Of a stretch of 64,000 bases of DNA, positions 1 to 9,338 are shown one piece after another. Source of the DNA: Candidatus Heimdallarchaeota archaeon. GTDB taxonomy: Archaea > Asgardarchaeota > Heimdallarchaeia > Heimdallarchaeales > Heimdallarchaeaceae. Location of the stretch: contig JAUVXV010000002.1 in NCBI GenBank assembly GCA_030603365.1, positions 32,001-96,000 of the forward strand, given 5' to 3'. Every line of letters starts with the position of its first letter. Positions within the stretch are counted from its first letter, which is position 1. The notes beneath the pieces were generated by a model, which saw only the letters and a program-made list of their open reading frames with translations, did no database searches and had not been told where the DNA came from. The position numbers were made by a program, and so were the translations under genes.

Positions 1-143
1 AAAAGGACACTCGTACAAAATGTTAGAACTTCAAAGTTGTTTAAGATTTCTTTTTTGAAGAACAAAAAAAAGATACTTAAAACTATTTAGGAGAAAAAAG
101 AGTAATAGTAGTTTTGATTTTCAAATTATCTCCTGCTTTTAGG

Positions 144-233
144 TCATCCTGTCGGTATTATCTTTGACTTTCTTCTTTTTACTAGGATCACTGTAAGAGC
201 AATTAAACCTATGATTAAGACAATACGTGTCAT
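144..233 (-). pseudogene. orphan C-terminal membrane-anchor fragment (TM + basic tail)
   Basis: Manual translation MTRIVLIIGLIALTVILVKRRKSKIIPTG*; resembles the anchor tails of the surface proteins in this window but has no upstream body. Confidence 0.35.
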
Positions 234-262
234 AAAATACATCCTATAGCAACCTAAGTAAG

Positions 263-751
263 CTAAATTACATAAAACTGATTTTCCGTTTCTTGAATTA
301 TCTTGTGGAAAAACTCTTGTTTAAACTCCAATGTTTCTGTATTTATGTTTGGATGAAAAGAAACAAAATCAGCATCCCACACTTCTCGATCTACAACAAA
401 AATCACTTTATTTTCTGTATCATTAATAAGTCCCAAAGCTGAAACAGCTCCCGTAGATAATCCCAGGTATTTCTTTAATTCTTCTTCTTTAGCAAAGGTA
501 AGTTTAGAGCTACTTAGGAGAACCTCAAGCTTTCTAAACTCCAGTTTTGTATCTGAAGGAAGAGTAATAAGGAAAAATCTTTTGTCTCCAGTTTTTTCTT
601 TCAAAAATAGATTCTTACAATGTAATCCTGGAATAAAACTGCAGTGTTTTTTAGCCTCTTCTACTGTGAATACAGCTGGATGATAATGAAGCTTATATTC
701 GATATTTCTTAATTTCAGCCATTTTTCCAGTTCTGGTTCCATTATATCCAA
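263..751 (-). CDS. proX: YbaK/ProX (PrdX-like) aminoacyl-tRNA deacylase
   Basis: HPAVFTVEEA, CKNLFL, GAVSALGLIND, FHPNINTETL motifs typical of ProXp-ala editing domains. Confidence 0.88.
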   Translation of the reverse strand: MDIMEPELEKWLKLRNIEYKLHYHPAVFTVEEAKKHCSFIPGLHCKNLFLKEKTGDKRFFLITLPSDTKLEFRKLEVLLSSSKLTFAKEEELKKYLGLSTGAVSALGLINDTENKVIFVVDREVWDADFVSFHPNINTETLEFKQEFFHKIIQETENQFYVI

Positions 752-788
752 GAATAAGAGTCTAAATTTAAGATTTACTTAAGATGAA

Positions 789-875
789 CTATTCATCATC
801 CCAGCTTTGAGTAATCTCACCATTTTCCTCATCCATTTCCACATCACATTTTTCACACTTTCTACGATAAGCAAA
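789..875 (-). pseudogene. orphan 3' end of an unidentified gene (CxxC-containing)
   Basis: Manual translation FAYRRKCEKCDVEMDEENGEITQSWDDE*, preceded by an in-frame stop and with no start codon ahead of the CxxC. Confidence 0.3.
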
Positions 876-1075
876 TCAATGGAGATAACCAACTAGAAAC
901 GCTCCAGCACAATGTTACCAGAAGTAACGGGAAGAAGTGATTATTTATTCTTCATTTGACAGATAATATCCTTAGAAATATTGAAGTAAAAACAACCCAG
1001 TTCTTAAGATTTATAAGTTTTGAAAAGTAAAACCATTAATTAAACAAATTACATAAAAAACGAGGAATTAAGATT

Positions 1076-3022
1076 ATGAAAATTAGAAACAGAATTTTGT
1101 ATTGTTTTCTTATTTATTCTATCTTATTTTTACTAATGAAACCAGTTTATTCATTTGAAAATCAACCACCAGTTGAAATTGAGAACAACCTACTTCATGG
1201 GGAAGTTTCACCAAAATCTATCATCAATAATAAATTGGAATATCTTGAAGATAACACAGATGAGGTAGTTATTCCTACAAAAGCAGAAGAAATATATGGT
1301 TTTATAGAAGTTAGATTGTATGATGATTCTTCTCTCAATCCGATAGAAGGAGCTGAGGTATATCTCTATAATGCTAGTTGGGATTTCCATATGGAAGGCA
1401 TTACTGATGTGAATGGATTCTGCAACTTCACTGGATTAAGTGTAGGAGAGTATGATGCCATTGTTGATACTAGAGGTTTTTACTATCAAAGTCAATATTG
1501 TTATATCGACTATTTAGGAGAAAAAGAGACTTTGGATTTTTACCTTTTTAGACTTCCCCTTCAGAATGTTCGAATAATAAGCCCTTCGTATAGTGCAACA
1601 ATACAAGGTGGTCAAGTCTTAATTGAATATGAACCTCTATATGACACAGACAGAATAAATTTTTTGGAGATTATAGTTAACGATGAATTTGTTTACAGAG
1701 ATTATATGTATTTTCCAGGAACTAATGAAGTCGTTGTTCCCGTCTTTTCAAATGGTACAAAATTTATCGAATTAATTGTAGAATGGTATGACAATTCATA
1801 TGGAATGGACTATATTTCTGTCAATTCAATAGATGTAATTCCCATTTCAGATTTAAAAGAAGGTGATTATCTCAACTACAGAATTAATGAGTATTATACT
1901 TATGAAAATATTGACTACCATTATATCTATGATTTCAATTTTACATTCAACACCTGGATCTCCCCCTTTGAAATAAGCACATCACTTGTTTATCACCATT
2001 ATAGTGACAGCATGGAGTTCGAGTTATCTGAATATTGGCTTATTATCAATGTTTTAAACGGTTTTATCTCTGATGGAAATATGTGGTGGTTAAATTATCA
2101 CTTCTCCTTCCTTTCAGGATTAAGTTGTATGGAAGTCACAGGCTCCCTTCCGACTATAGGTGAAAAGGTTCCTTATTTTAACTGGGATCATATTTACACT
2201 GTAAACGCTTTTGATACATGGAATGGTTTAGATGTAGCTATTCTGAATAGAGGGGATGAAATCATATATATTGATGTTAATTATGGAACCTTTGTTTACT
2301 ATGAGCGTTATTACAATGATGAGAATAATAACATAAGAATCCATTATGTAACAGATACTAATATTGGACCTATTATTGATTCAACAAGTCCAAGCATTGA
2401 TAGTTCTTCAACTCTTAATTTCGAAATTGGTTCATTAGGAAATAACATTAATTGGACAGCCTATGATAATAATCCTTACAACTATACAATCTATAAAGAT
2501 GGTGTGTTTCTCGAAAATGGTACATGGGAATCAGGGTTCATGATTACTACGACCTTAGATGGAACCTCAGTAAGTACTCATGTTTATCTTTTAGAAGTAA
2601 TGGATAGCTTTGGGAATTCAGCAAGCAAAATTATAATAGTTAACATAGAAGATACAATTCCACCAGCTATTGATTCACCAGATGATAAGTTATATGAAGA
2701 AGGTATGACAGGGAACCAAATTATATGGCATCCTATAGATTTAACTTCGAATATTTTTATTGTATACAGAGACGGAGTGTTCCTTAGAGATGGTCTTTGG
2801 ACTGTAGGAGAACCCATTGTAGTTCCTATTGATGGTTTCTCTATAGGTAAACATAACCTTACTATAATTGTATACGATGCTGGAGGAAATTCAGTAACTG
2901 ATACTGTTTTTGTAACTGTAATTGTATTAGTTTCAGAATATAGAATTTACCATAGTCTTTTAATTCTGCTTGTTATGCCTCTTGCCCAGCTAATAATTCT
3001 GATACGAAAAAGAAGGAAATGA
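1076..3022 (+). CDS. secreted surface protein: carboxypeptidase-regulatory-like and Ig-like domains, C-terminal VSEY-TM-basic anchor
   Basis: N-terminal signal peptide; PIEGAEVYL...TDVNG motif; two repeats of D..P.IDS...W...D......IY.DG; ends VSEY + hydrophobic helix + RKRRK. Confidence 0.75.
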   Translation: MKIRNRILYCFLIYSILFLLMKPVYSFENQPPVEIENNLLHGEVSPKSIINNKLEYLEDNTDEVVIPTKAEEIYGFIEVRLYDDSSLNPIEGAEVYLYNASWDFHMEGITDVNGFCNFTGLSVGEYDAIVDTRGFYYQSQYCYIDYLGEKETLDFYLFRLPLQNVRIISPSYSATIQGGQVLIEYEPLYDTDRINFLEIIVNDEFVYRDYMYFPGTNEVVVPVFSNGTKFIELIVEWYDNSYGMDYISVNSIDVIPISDLKEGDYLNYRINEYYTYENIDYHYIYDFNFTFNTWISPFEISTSLVYHHYSDSMEFELSEYWLIINVLNGFISDGNMWWLNYHFSFLSGLSCMEVTGSLPTIGEKVPYFNWDHIYTVNAFDTWNGLDVAILNRGDEIIYIDVNYGTFVYYERYYNDENNNIRIHYVTDTNIGPIIDSTSPSIDSSSTLNFEIGSLGNNINWTAYDNNPYNYTIYKDGVFLENGTWESGFMITTTLDGTSVSTHVYLLEVMDSFGNSASKIIIVNIEDTIPPAIDSPDDKLYEEGMTGNQIIWHPIDLTSNIFIVYRDGVFLRDGLWTVGEPIVVPIDGFSIGKHNLTIIVYDAGGNSVTDTVFVTVIVLVSEYRIYHSLLILLVMPLAQLIILIRKRRK

Positions 3023-3052
3023 AATGAGATTTCATCCTTTTTCTTTTTTCAT

Positions 3053-3241
3053 TCAAAAGATAGAAATTACCTGGTAAGTCTGATAGATCTCTTTTCCTCT
3101 TAAAAACAGATTCTTACAACGTAATCCTGGAATAAAACTGCAATGCTCTTTAGCTTCTTCAACTGTAAAAACAGCAGGATGGGTATGGAGTTTATACTTT
3201 ATTTGGTGAGTATCTAACCATTCTTTCAATGTAGAATCCAA
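3053..3241 (-). pseudogene. truncated 5' copy of the ProX deacylase gene
   Basis: HPAVFTVEEAKEHCSFIPGLRCKNLFL nearly identical to the 263..751 N-terminus, then similarity stops abruptly. Confidence 0.85.
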
Positions 3242-3269
3242 GAAATCACTTCCTCATTTTATTAGAAAA

Positions 3270-3506
3270 TTAAGGTTTATATGATTGAAATTCATTTCCG
3301 CGTAATTCTTCTCTTTCTTTTTCTCTAACTCTTGCAAACCATATGAACAATAGTACATTTAGCAACAAAAGTATAATAGCCAATGGAACAATTATCCAAA
3401 CCTTATTTGGAAAATCTAGCACAAAATATATTGCAATTAGTGCACCAAGAAAAACAATTGAAATTGAACTAGTGAGTATATAGGTTTTACGTGCTTTGGG
3501 TTCCAT
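3270..3506 (-). CDS. small 2-TM membrane protein
   Basis: ORF track; two hydrophobic helices and a charged tail. Confidence 0.65.
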   Translation of the reverse strand: MEPKARKTYILTSSISIVFLGALIAIYFVLDFPNKVWIIVPLAIILLLLNVLLFIWFARVREKEREELRGNEFQSYKP

Positions 3507-3642
3507 AAGAGAATATTTCTAGAATTATACTTAAATGTTATCTCTAAAAGATTGATTCCGATTCTTCATAATCTCAACTCTGTTCAACTTCTCCTGTTTT
3601 TTCATCTTTTTATTTTATATAGCTTTAATGAACAAAAATAAA

Positions 3643-4341
3643 CTACTTAGATTTTTTTCTCTTCTTTGCATTTCTTTTTTCTAGTTTCTTTTTCATCAAA
3701 TCCACTTTGAAAGGTTTTCCGTGAGAAATGTAAATGTTTTTTGCTCCTTCTTCAATTATTCTTTCCCAGCTCTTCCAAATGCTATCTAAGTCCATTGCTA
3801 TTGCAGGAATTCCACGACGTAATCTCAGAGGGGGTCCATGAACTGAACATCCGATAATTGCATCGCCTTCTTCTGTTATAACTGCAATAGTACCAGGAGT
3901 ATGTCCAGGGGTATGAATAACCTTCGCTTTGATACCAAAATCAATTAGTGAATATTCATCTTGAACAACAATATCTGGTTCAACAGGGTCAGTAACTGCC
4001 CAAGATTTTGGCATCGTTGGAACTATTAATTTTGTAAACAAAGTATGCGGTTTAACTTCTGCAGAAGTTCCTTTAGCTACATGTTCTTTTTCATTTTCAT
4101 GAACTAGAACCTGTGCATTTGTGAGATCTTTAATCGATTTCAAAGCTCCAGTGTGATCGAAATGTGCATGATTTACTATTATCAGCTTGATTTCTTCAGG
4201 ACGAATATTATTTTTCTTTAAGAGTTTCAGATATTTTTTCAGATTGTGTTTATATCCAGCATCAAACTGAATATATCCTGAATCAGTTCTTAGCAAATAA
4301 ATTTTGGTGAAACCCAAGTTTAGAAGAATAACTTTTTTCAT
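3643..4341 (-). CDS. MBL-fold metallo-hydrolase
   Basis: HAHFDH (HxHxDH), HTPGHTPG, SHG motifs. Confidence 0.9.
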   Translation of the reverse strand: MKKVILLNLGFTKIYLLRTDSGYIQFDAGYKHNLKKYLKLLKKNNIRPEEIKLIIVNHAHFDHTGALKSIKDLTNAQVLVHENEKEHVAKGTSAEVKPHTLFTKLIVPTMPKSWAVTDPVEPDIVVQDEYSLIDFGIKAKVIHTPGHTPGTIAVITEEGDAIIGCSVHGPPLRLRRGIPAIAMDLDSIWKSWERIIEEGAKNIYISHGKPFKVDLMKKKLEKRNAKKRKKSK

Positions 4342-4460
4342 ACAAAGGAATTCTGAAGATAGTTCTTATAGTTTTCTTAGGTATGACATTTGAATAGGAT
4401 ATCAATTTGTTTCTGTTTTTTCAAATAATGTAAAGAACAAAAAAACGGAAGAGAAGTGAG

Positions 4461-5534
4461 TTATCTCTTTTTCTTCATTGATACAAATATACTTGTTAGA
4501 GCAAATAATGCAAAAATCGTCCATATTATGGAAGAGAAGGATATTATAGTGGTGTCAGGTAAAGTATCAGATTCGTTAGGTGTAGTGGTGTAAGGTATAG
4601 TTAAAGTATCATTTTGGTCAGGTGTCGTAGTTATCACTTCTTCTGCTCTTATTTCACAGATAATTGTATCAACACTTATATTTTCATACTTATCAGAAAC
4701 AGCTATTGTGAAGTTGTAAAAAGCAGGTGTGTAATCTCCAAATAAAAATGTTATAACTACCTCTATACCTGATGAGTACCATTCATCTTGAATTATCAAA
4801 GAATCATTAACAAGAATCCAATAATGCCCTTCACAACTAGAATCAAAGACATACCATTCGATGCCTACAGGTTCTTCTCCACCAGGCAGAAATAATAAGT
4901 GTCCGTGTACTGAAGGTGGAAGAATATCATCTGAAGAAAGCGCTAAATTTCTCACTCTGATAGACTGCTCCCAATATGCCACTGTTGCATCGATATAGAA
5001 GAAGAAAAGAAACACTTCATTATATCCTTCTGTATCGAATGTATAAACAAAATGATTGAATCCAGTATCATGTGGTGTTGAAATACCTGTATCCTGATAA
5101 TTATAAGGTCTTTTCACTCCTAAATATTTCATAGTAATAGGATCGATTATGCCAACACCCATGATCACTTGATCATATCTGCTAGAAGATGCGCTAGCTT
5201 CAAAATTAATCTCGGTTATATCTCCAGATATTGGAATTAATGCATAAACTCCTGCATAAAGGTGATAGTATGAGGAGGATGTCTCATAAACATGTATTTC
5301 TGATTCAGTTATATTACTGGAAAAATCTTCTGTTTTTGGTTCTGCGTAACCAGTTTCATAATGCGGTAAGAATGAACCTTCAGTCCAGTTAAAATCAGAA
5401 ATAGTTAAAATATTTTCTGAATTATTTTGAAGATCATCTTCCCCGAATTCCGCAGTATATACATATGATATTAGAATGGTAAAACTAGAGAATAATAATA
5501 ACAAAACTATAAGCAAACCTGTTTTCCTCTTCAA
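4461..5534 (-). CDS. secreted, C-terminally anchored surface protein
   Basis: Signal peptide, Ig-like C-terminal domain, Thr-rich linker, TM + MKKKR. Confidence 0.7.
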   Translation of the reverse strand: MKRKTGLLIVLLLLFSSFTILISYVYTAEFGEDDLQNNSENILTISDFNWTEGSFLPHYETGYAEPKTEDFSSNITESEIHVYETSSSYYHLYAGVYALIPISGDITEINFEASASSSRYDQVIMGVGIIDPITMKYLGVKRPYNYQDTGISTPHDTGFNHFVYTFDTEGYNEVFLFFFYIDATVAYWEQSIRVRNLALSSDDILPPSVHGHLLFLPGGEEPVGIEWYVFDSSCEGHYWILVNDSLIIQDEWYSSGIEVVITFLFGDYTPAFYNFTIAVSDKYENISVDTIICEIRAEEVITTTPDQNDTLTIPYTTTPNESDTLPDTTIISFSSIIWTIFALFALTSIFVSMKKKR

Positions 5535-5670
5535 GTTTATCTTTTTATGTTACTCATAAGCTCTTATAAGAATTATGGGGGAATAATACTGCCACAATTC
5601 TTATACAATAAAATGAAGAATTGGGGGAGGAACATATAAGCTTTATTAAATGAAAAAAAAGAAAAAAGGA

Positions 5671-6423
5671 TTAGGATTGTGAATGTTCGTTAATTCTGTT
5701 TTTAACGGGTAAATCTTCAATCTTCTTGAAAGAATACAAAACAAATAAAAGTCCTGTCAGTACGGCAAATATAATCTCTGTGATGCTTAAAACACTGAAG
5801 AATGTGTAAAAAGCTGTAAAAGATTCTATTTCATAGTCTATATAATAGCCTAGGTGATCCATGAAAATTCTGAAAACTGATAATCCAAAACCTACAAAGA
5901 AAGCTAATCTTAGACTTTTAATTTGGTAATTGTCTACTGCTCTGTTTAATATCCTTGCACTTTGAATAATCAAAATACAAAAGACAAACCAGAACAAAAA
6001 ACGGCATATAATTGCTGAGAGCATTATAGGATCATCTAATGGATAATAGAATAAATTATTGTAAAGGACTACATCAGGTATAAAAGCAGCTATCAACAAT
6101 ACCGCTGAGACTATAGATAGAATATAAGCAGGTTGAGCAAGATTTTCTTGAGGATTATTCTCTGCTATGCTTTTAAACGCAATTGCAAGGAATATACATA
6201 CACAAAGAAAAGTTATTGTCTGAATTACCATTCCTGTTAAAAAAGTGAGTTTGTAATAATCTCCGTAGCTCATAGTAGTTTCATATACTATATACGTATG
6301 TACAGAAGCAAGAATTGCTAAATAGGTATTCTTCAGAATATAACCAATTATCAAACTTAAACCTGCACCATAAAAAGCATTTTTTTCTTTAGTCATCATA
6401 GTGCTAACTAGTTTAATCTTCAT
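5671..6423 (-). CDS. polytopic membrane protein, unknown function
   Basis: About 6 hydrophobic segments. Confidence 0.65.
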   Translation of the reverse strand: MKIKLVSTMMTKEKNAFYGAGLSLIIGYILKNTYLAILASVHTYIVYETTMSYGDYYKLTFLTGMVIQTITFLCVCIFLAIAFKSIAENNPQENLAQPAYILSIVSAVLLIAAFIPDVVLYNNLFYYPLDDPIMLSAIICRFLFWFVFCILIIQSARILNRAVDNYQIKSLRLAFFVGFGLSVFRIFMDHLGYYIDYEIESFTAFYTFFSVLSITEIIFAVLTGLLFVLYSFKKIEDLPVKNRINEHSQS

Positions 6424-6580
6424 TATTTAAACATTTCTTGTTTTTATAATGTAAAAAAAGAAGATTGAAGAAATTCATAAAAATTTCCAAAAAATTTGCA
6501 TCTTTACTGCAATTTTTTTCTCGAGTTTATAAATGAAAGTACTTGATAATCTAGTGAATCACTCTTAGTTGGTTTAAGAC

Positions 6581-8047
6581 ATGGCAACAAGTATCGATAC
6601 ATTACCGTTATTAAAGAATGGAGAGGAGTATCTATCTCAGAGTAAGAAGACTCTGAAAGGAATCCACGGAGAGAACTTGCTAGACGTAGCTGTCGCTCCC
6701 GAAATACATGTAAGAATGGCTTTACCCATAAATAAGGCCAGTTTTCACACTCTCCAAAGTATACCCATTGATGATATTATTGACATCTTTTGCGAAGCTG
6801 GAAAAATCTTCACTCAAGATATGCTCATTAATGGTATTTCAACCTCTTTAGACGAATGGAGTGAGCTCATCACCCTTTCTACAGGCATGCCTATCAGGTA
6901 TGTTGAAAATGCACTAAACATGATCCCACACATTTTTACTAAACAACAATTGAGGAGACTCTTACGAGCTAATTCCCCAACAGGTAAATTGGCAATCTTT
7001 GATGATTATGTAGGAGTCAGGGGAAGCACTCGATTTGGTTGGAGTCCCAGAGGAATGAATGTTGGCGTAGGATTACCTGGAAATCATCCAGCTGTAAGCT
7101 TACTTGGAACGTTAATTCCACTGTTTAAGGTCCCAGCTATAATCCGAGCTAGTTCTAGTGAACCTTTTACTTCATTTAGAATCTGCAAAGCCCTTTGGGA
7201 AGCAGGCTTACCTCATGAATCTCTCTTCCACTTTGTTACTGATCACAGTACCGTTGACACCATTGTGCGTCAATCTGACCTCGGTATTATATTTGGCAAC
7301 GAATGGATTTTGAAAGCCTATGAGAATAATTCCAAAATCAAGACTTATGGTCCTGGTCGTTCTAAAGTTCTTCTAGAAATCGAAGATATGTCACCTACAC
7401 ACTTTGACTTAGCTGTTGAATTAACCTACCAAAGCATCCATTACGATGGTGGAAGAGGCTGTATCAATTCTAGTGGAGTAGTTTACAACTCACCTCATAT
7501 GTACGAAGAGTTCAAGGAAAAACTAGCAAACAAACTAGCCTCTCTTGAACCTCTTGACCCTATGAATCCTCGTGCAGAAATTCCTGCTATGGATCCAGAT
7601 GGAGCTCGAGGGATGTATAAGTTCATCAAGAGTAGAATGACTGGAAAAATCAATAATCTCACTGCTGATATTAGAGGAGAAGAAAACTTCCTGCATATAG
7701 AAGACAATCTAGCTTATCTCATGCCTACACTTCTAGAAGTTGATGAAGATCATTCTATGAGAACAGACGAATATCCATTCAGTTTCGGTGTAATTTGCCG
7801 ACCTGATGATTATTTAGTTGAAGAATTAGTTGAAGACACTTTATCCTTATCCTACCTAACTGATAATCCTTCTAACGCTAGAAGATTACTTAACATCCCC
7901 TCAATCAAGAAAGTCTTCGTTAATGACCAATCATTCAAAATGGATATAGCTGCACCCCACGAGGGGCATATGTGCGATTTCCTCTATGGTTCTAAAGCGT
8001 CAAATTATGATGGCATAAACAATATCTTGAAACCTAAAGAATATTAA
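6581..8047 (+). CDS. aldehyde dehydrogenase / acyl-CoA reductase (LuxC-like) family protein
   Basis: LPGNHP, YGPGRSK, catalytic GRGCINSS, DEYPF, PHEG motifs. Confidence 0.8.
   Translation: MATSIDTLPLLKNGEEYLSQSKKTLKGIHGENLLDVAVAPEIHVRMALPINKASFHTLQSIPIDDIIDIFCEAGKIFTQDMLINGISTSLDEWSELITLSTGMPIRYVENALNMIPHIFTKQQLRRLLRANSPTGKLAIFDDYVGVRGSTRFGWSPRGMNVGVGLPGNHPAVSLLGTLIPLFKVPAIIRASSSEPFTSFRICKALWEAGLPHESLFHFVTDHSTVDTIVRQSDLGIIFGNEWILKAYENNSKIKTYGPGRSKVLLEIEDMSPTHFDLAVELTYQSIHYDGGRGCINSSGVVYNSPHMYEEFKEKLANKLASLEPLDPMNPRAEIPAMDPDGARGMYKFIKSRMTGKINNLTADIRGEENFLHIEDNLAYLMPTLLEVDEDHSMRTDEYPFSFGVICRPDDYLVEELVEDTLSLSYLTDNPSNARRLLNIPSIKKVFVNDQSFKMDIAAPHEGHMCDFLYGSKASNYDGINNILKPKEY
8018..8047 (+). repeat. 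direct repeat copy 1: current 3' end of the ALDH gene (copy 2 at 12810..12839)
   Basis: aacaatatcttgaaac-ctaaagaatattaa vs aacaatatcttgaaac-aataagaagactaa; 16 bp exact, 25/30 overall, TAA aligned. Confidence 0.7.
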
Positions 8048-8140
8048 AAAAATTAGAGAAAAAGAAACTATTGTTTCTTCTTTTTTCTTTTTAATTATAT
8101 ATTTAATGAGACAAATATGAAATCTTTTTGGAAAGAAATT

Positions 8141-8602
8141 TCATTCCATTTTTCTTAAAAGCTTTAGATCCACTTTCAGCTCACTCTTTATTAAACTAGA
8201 AATTTCCTTCGTAAATTCCTTTTCTTCCAAGAAATATACAGGTATACCATACAAAACAGCTATTGAGAGGTTGAAGCAATCTGGAAGAGCAACTGGAATT
8301 TTACATTTGATTAAAGCAGCCAAATCATCTATTTCTTTGTCTCGAATTACTGCAAAATTACTAACTATATGTTTTACGATTTCTTTAGCTTTCGACCATC
8401 CTTTAGTTCTACAAACAATATACAAGAGCTCTGTTTTCGTAAGAAACGAAATATAAATTTGAGAAATTTGTTTATTTCTAAAAAGATTTTTATCAAGAAA
8501 TTCTTTGTATCTTTTTTGTTTAGTATTTTCTGAATCTATCGTAAGATATTCGATAATTAAACCTGTATCAACGACTGCAACTTTCTTTTGTTCACTTTTC
8601 AT
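8141..8602 (-). CDS. vapC: PIN-domain (VapC-like) toxin
   Basis: VVDT..., TELLY, LPDCFNLSIA acidic PIN motifs; overlaps the upstream small gene. Confidence 0.8.
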   Translation of the reverse strand: MKSEQKKVAVVDTGLIIEYLTIDSENTKQKRYKEFLDKNLFRNKQISQIYISFLTKTELLYIVCRTKGWSKAKEIVKHIVSNFAVIRDKEIDDLAALIKCKIPVALPDCFNLSIAVLYGIPVYFLEEKEFTKEISSLIKSELKVDLKLLRKME

Positions 8603-8831
8603 TTGTCTTGTAATCCTCTCTTAGTTCTCTGTAAGCTTCTTTAGCTTCTTTCCCTAATATTCCCTGCAATTCTTCAAGAGTCTTTTTTGGAATAACTGGA
8701 GAGCTTCTTGATAAGAGATGTTCAATTACTTCATCATATGTTAATGAACGTCCAACTTCTTTTTCTAGTCTGTTTTTTTCCAGAAAAAGTGCTTTTTTTG
8801 TTTCCTCTTTTATTTGAATTGTTGTAGCCAC
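8592..8831 (-). CDS. putative antitoxin (VapB-like, RHH-type N-terminus); likely GTG start at 8831
   Basis: ATTIQIKEETKKAL...LTYDEVIEHLL pattern typical of archaeal antitoxins; upstream of and overlapping the PIN gene (ORF track gives 8849). Confidence 0.7.
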   Translation of the reverse strand: MATTIQIKEETKKALFLEKNRLEKEVGRSLTYDEVIEHLLSRSSPVIPKKTLEELQGILGKEAKEAYRELREDYKTNEK

Positions 8832-8872
8832 TATAGTCACTATATCCACTATAGTAACTTACTATTTATAGT
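8829..8872 (-). promoter_or_regulatory. TA promoter/operator: three CACTATA repeats at 9-bp period, two ACTATAGT palindromes, TATA box
   Basis: CACTATA at 8829, 8838, 8847; ACTATAGT at 8830 and 8848; minus-strand TATAAATA within 8861-8872. Confidence 0.55.
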
Positions 8873-8902
8873 TTTTCAACATATTATCTTCAAAGAGCCA
8901 TT

Positions 8903-9112
8903 ATTGACTCTCTTCCCTCAGAAGGATACTACCTCTATGTGATTGTGGCTAGTGACGGAGTAAGAAACAGCACTCATTCAAATTGTGAGCATGTGGAATA
9001 CAAAGTTCCTCATCTGCGAGAATTCAGTATTGTTTCAGGATTGATACTTGCAGCTTTTACTTTAGTATTTGTAGTTACTAGAATACGCAAGAAGAATTTT
9101 AAACTGAACTAG
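8903..9112 (+). pseudogene. orphan 3' end (A) of a paralog of the 9339..11366 surface protein
   Basis: Open frame IDSLPSEGYYLYVIVASDGVRNSTHSNCEHVEYKVPHLREFSIVSGLILAAFTLVFVVTRIRKKNFKLN*, no start; followed by the same ACTAGT/T-tract terminator. Confidence 0.9.
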
Positions 9113-9223
9113 TTCTAATTAGTTCTTCTTTTTTTGATTTTTTCCTTCTTTCTAAATCATTTTGATTATTATCTATTGTTTGGATAAAAGATTACAACCA
9201 GATTTAAGAGAAGAGAATAAAGA

Positions 9224-9239
9224 TTCCACACTTGTGGAA
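9224..9239. promoter_or_regulatory. palindromic candidate operator TTCCACA-CT-TGTGGAA
   Basis: Perfect 7-bp inverted repeat about 100 bp upstream of the surface-protein start. Confidence 0.35.
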
Positions 9240-9338
9240 GAGAAATGCAAAACATTTTTATTTAAAACAACTATTAGTAGCAATTCGAAAAATACGTTTA
9301 ATATGAATTAAATTGATAATTAAAAAAAGGTTGATATT

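Noticed and set aside
3530-3605. Possible displaced 3' end of the MBL hydrolase (RVEIMKN vs KVDLMKK)
   Set aside because: Similarity is too short and weak to distinguish from chance
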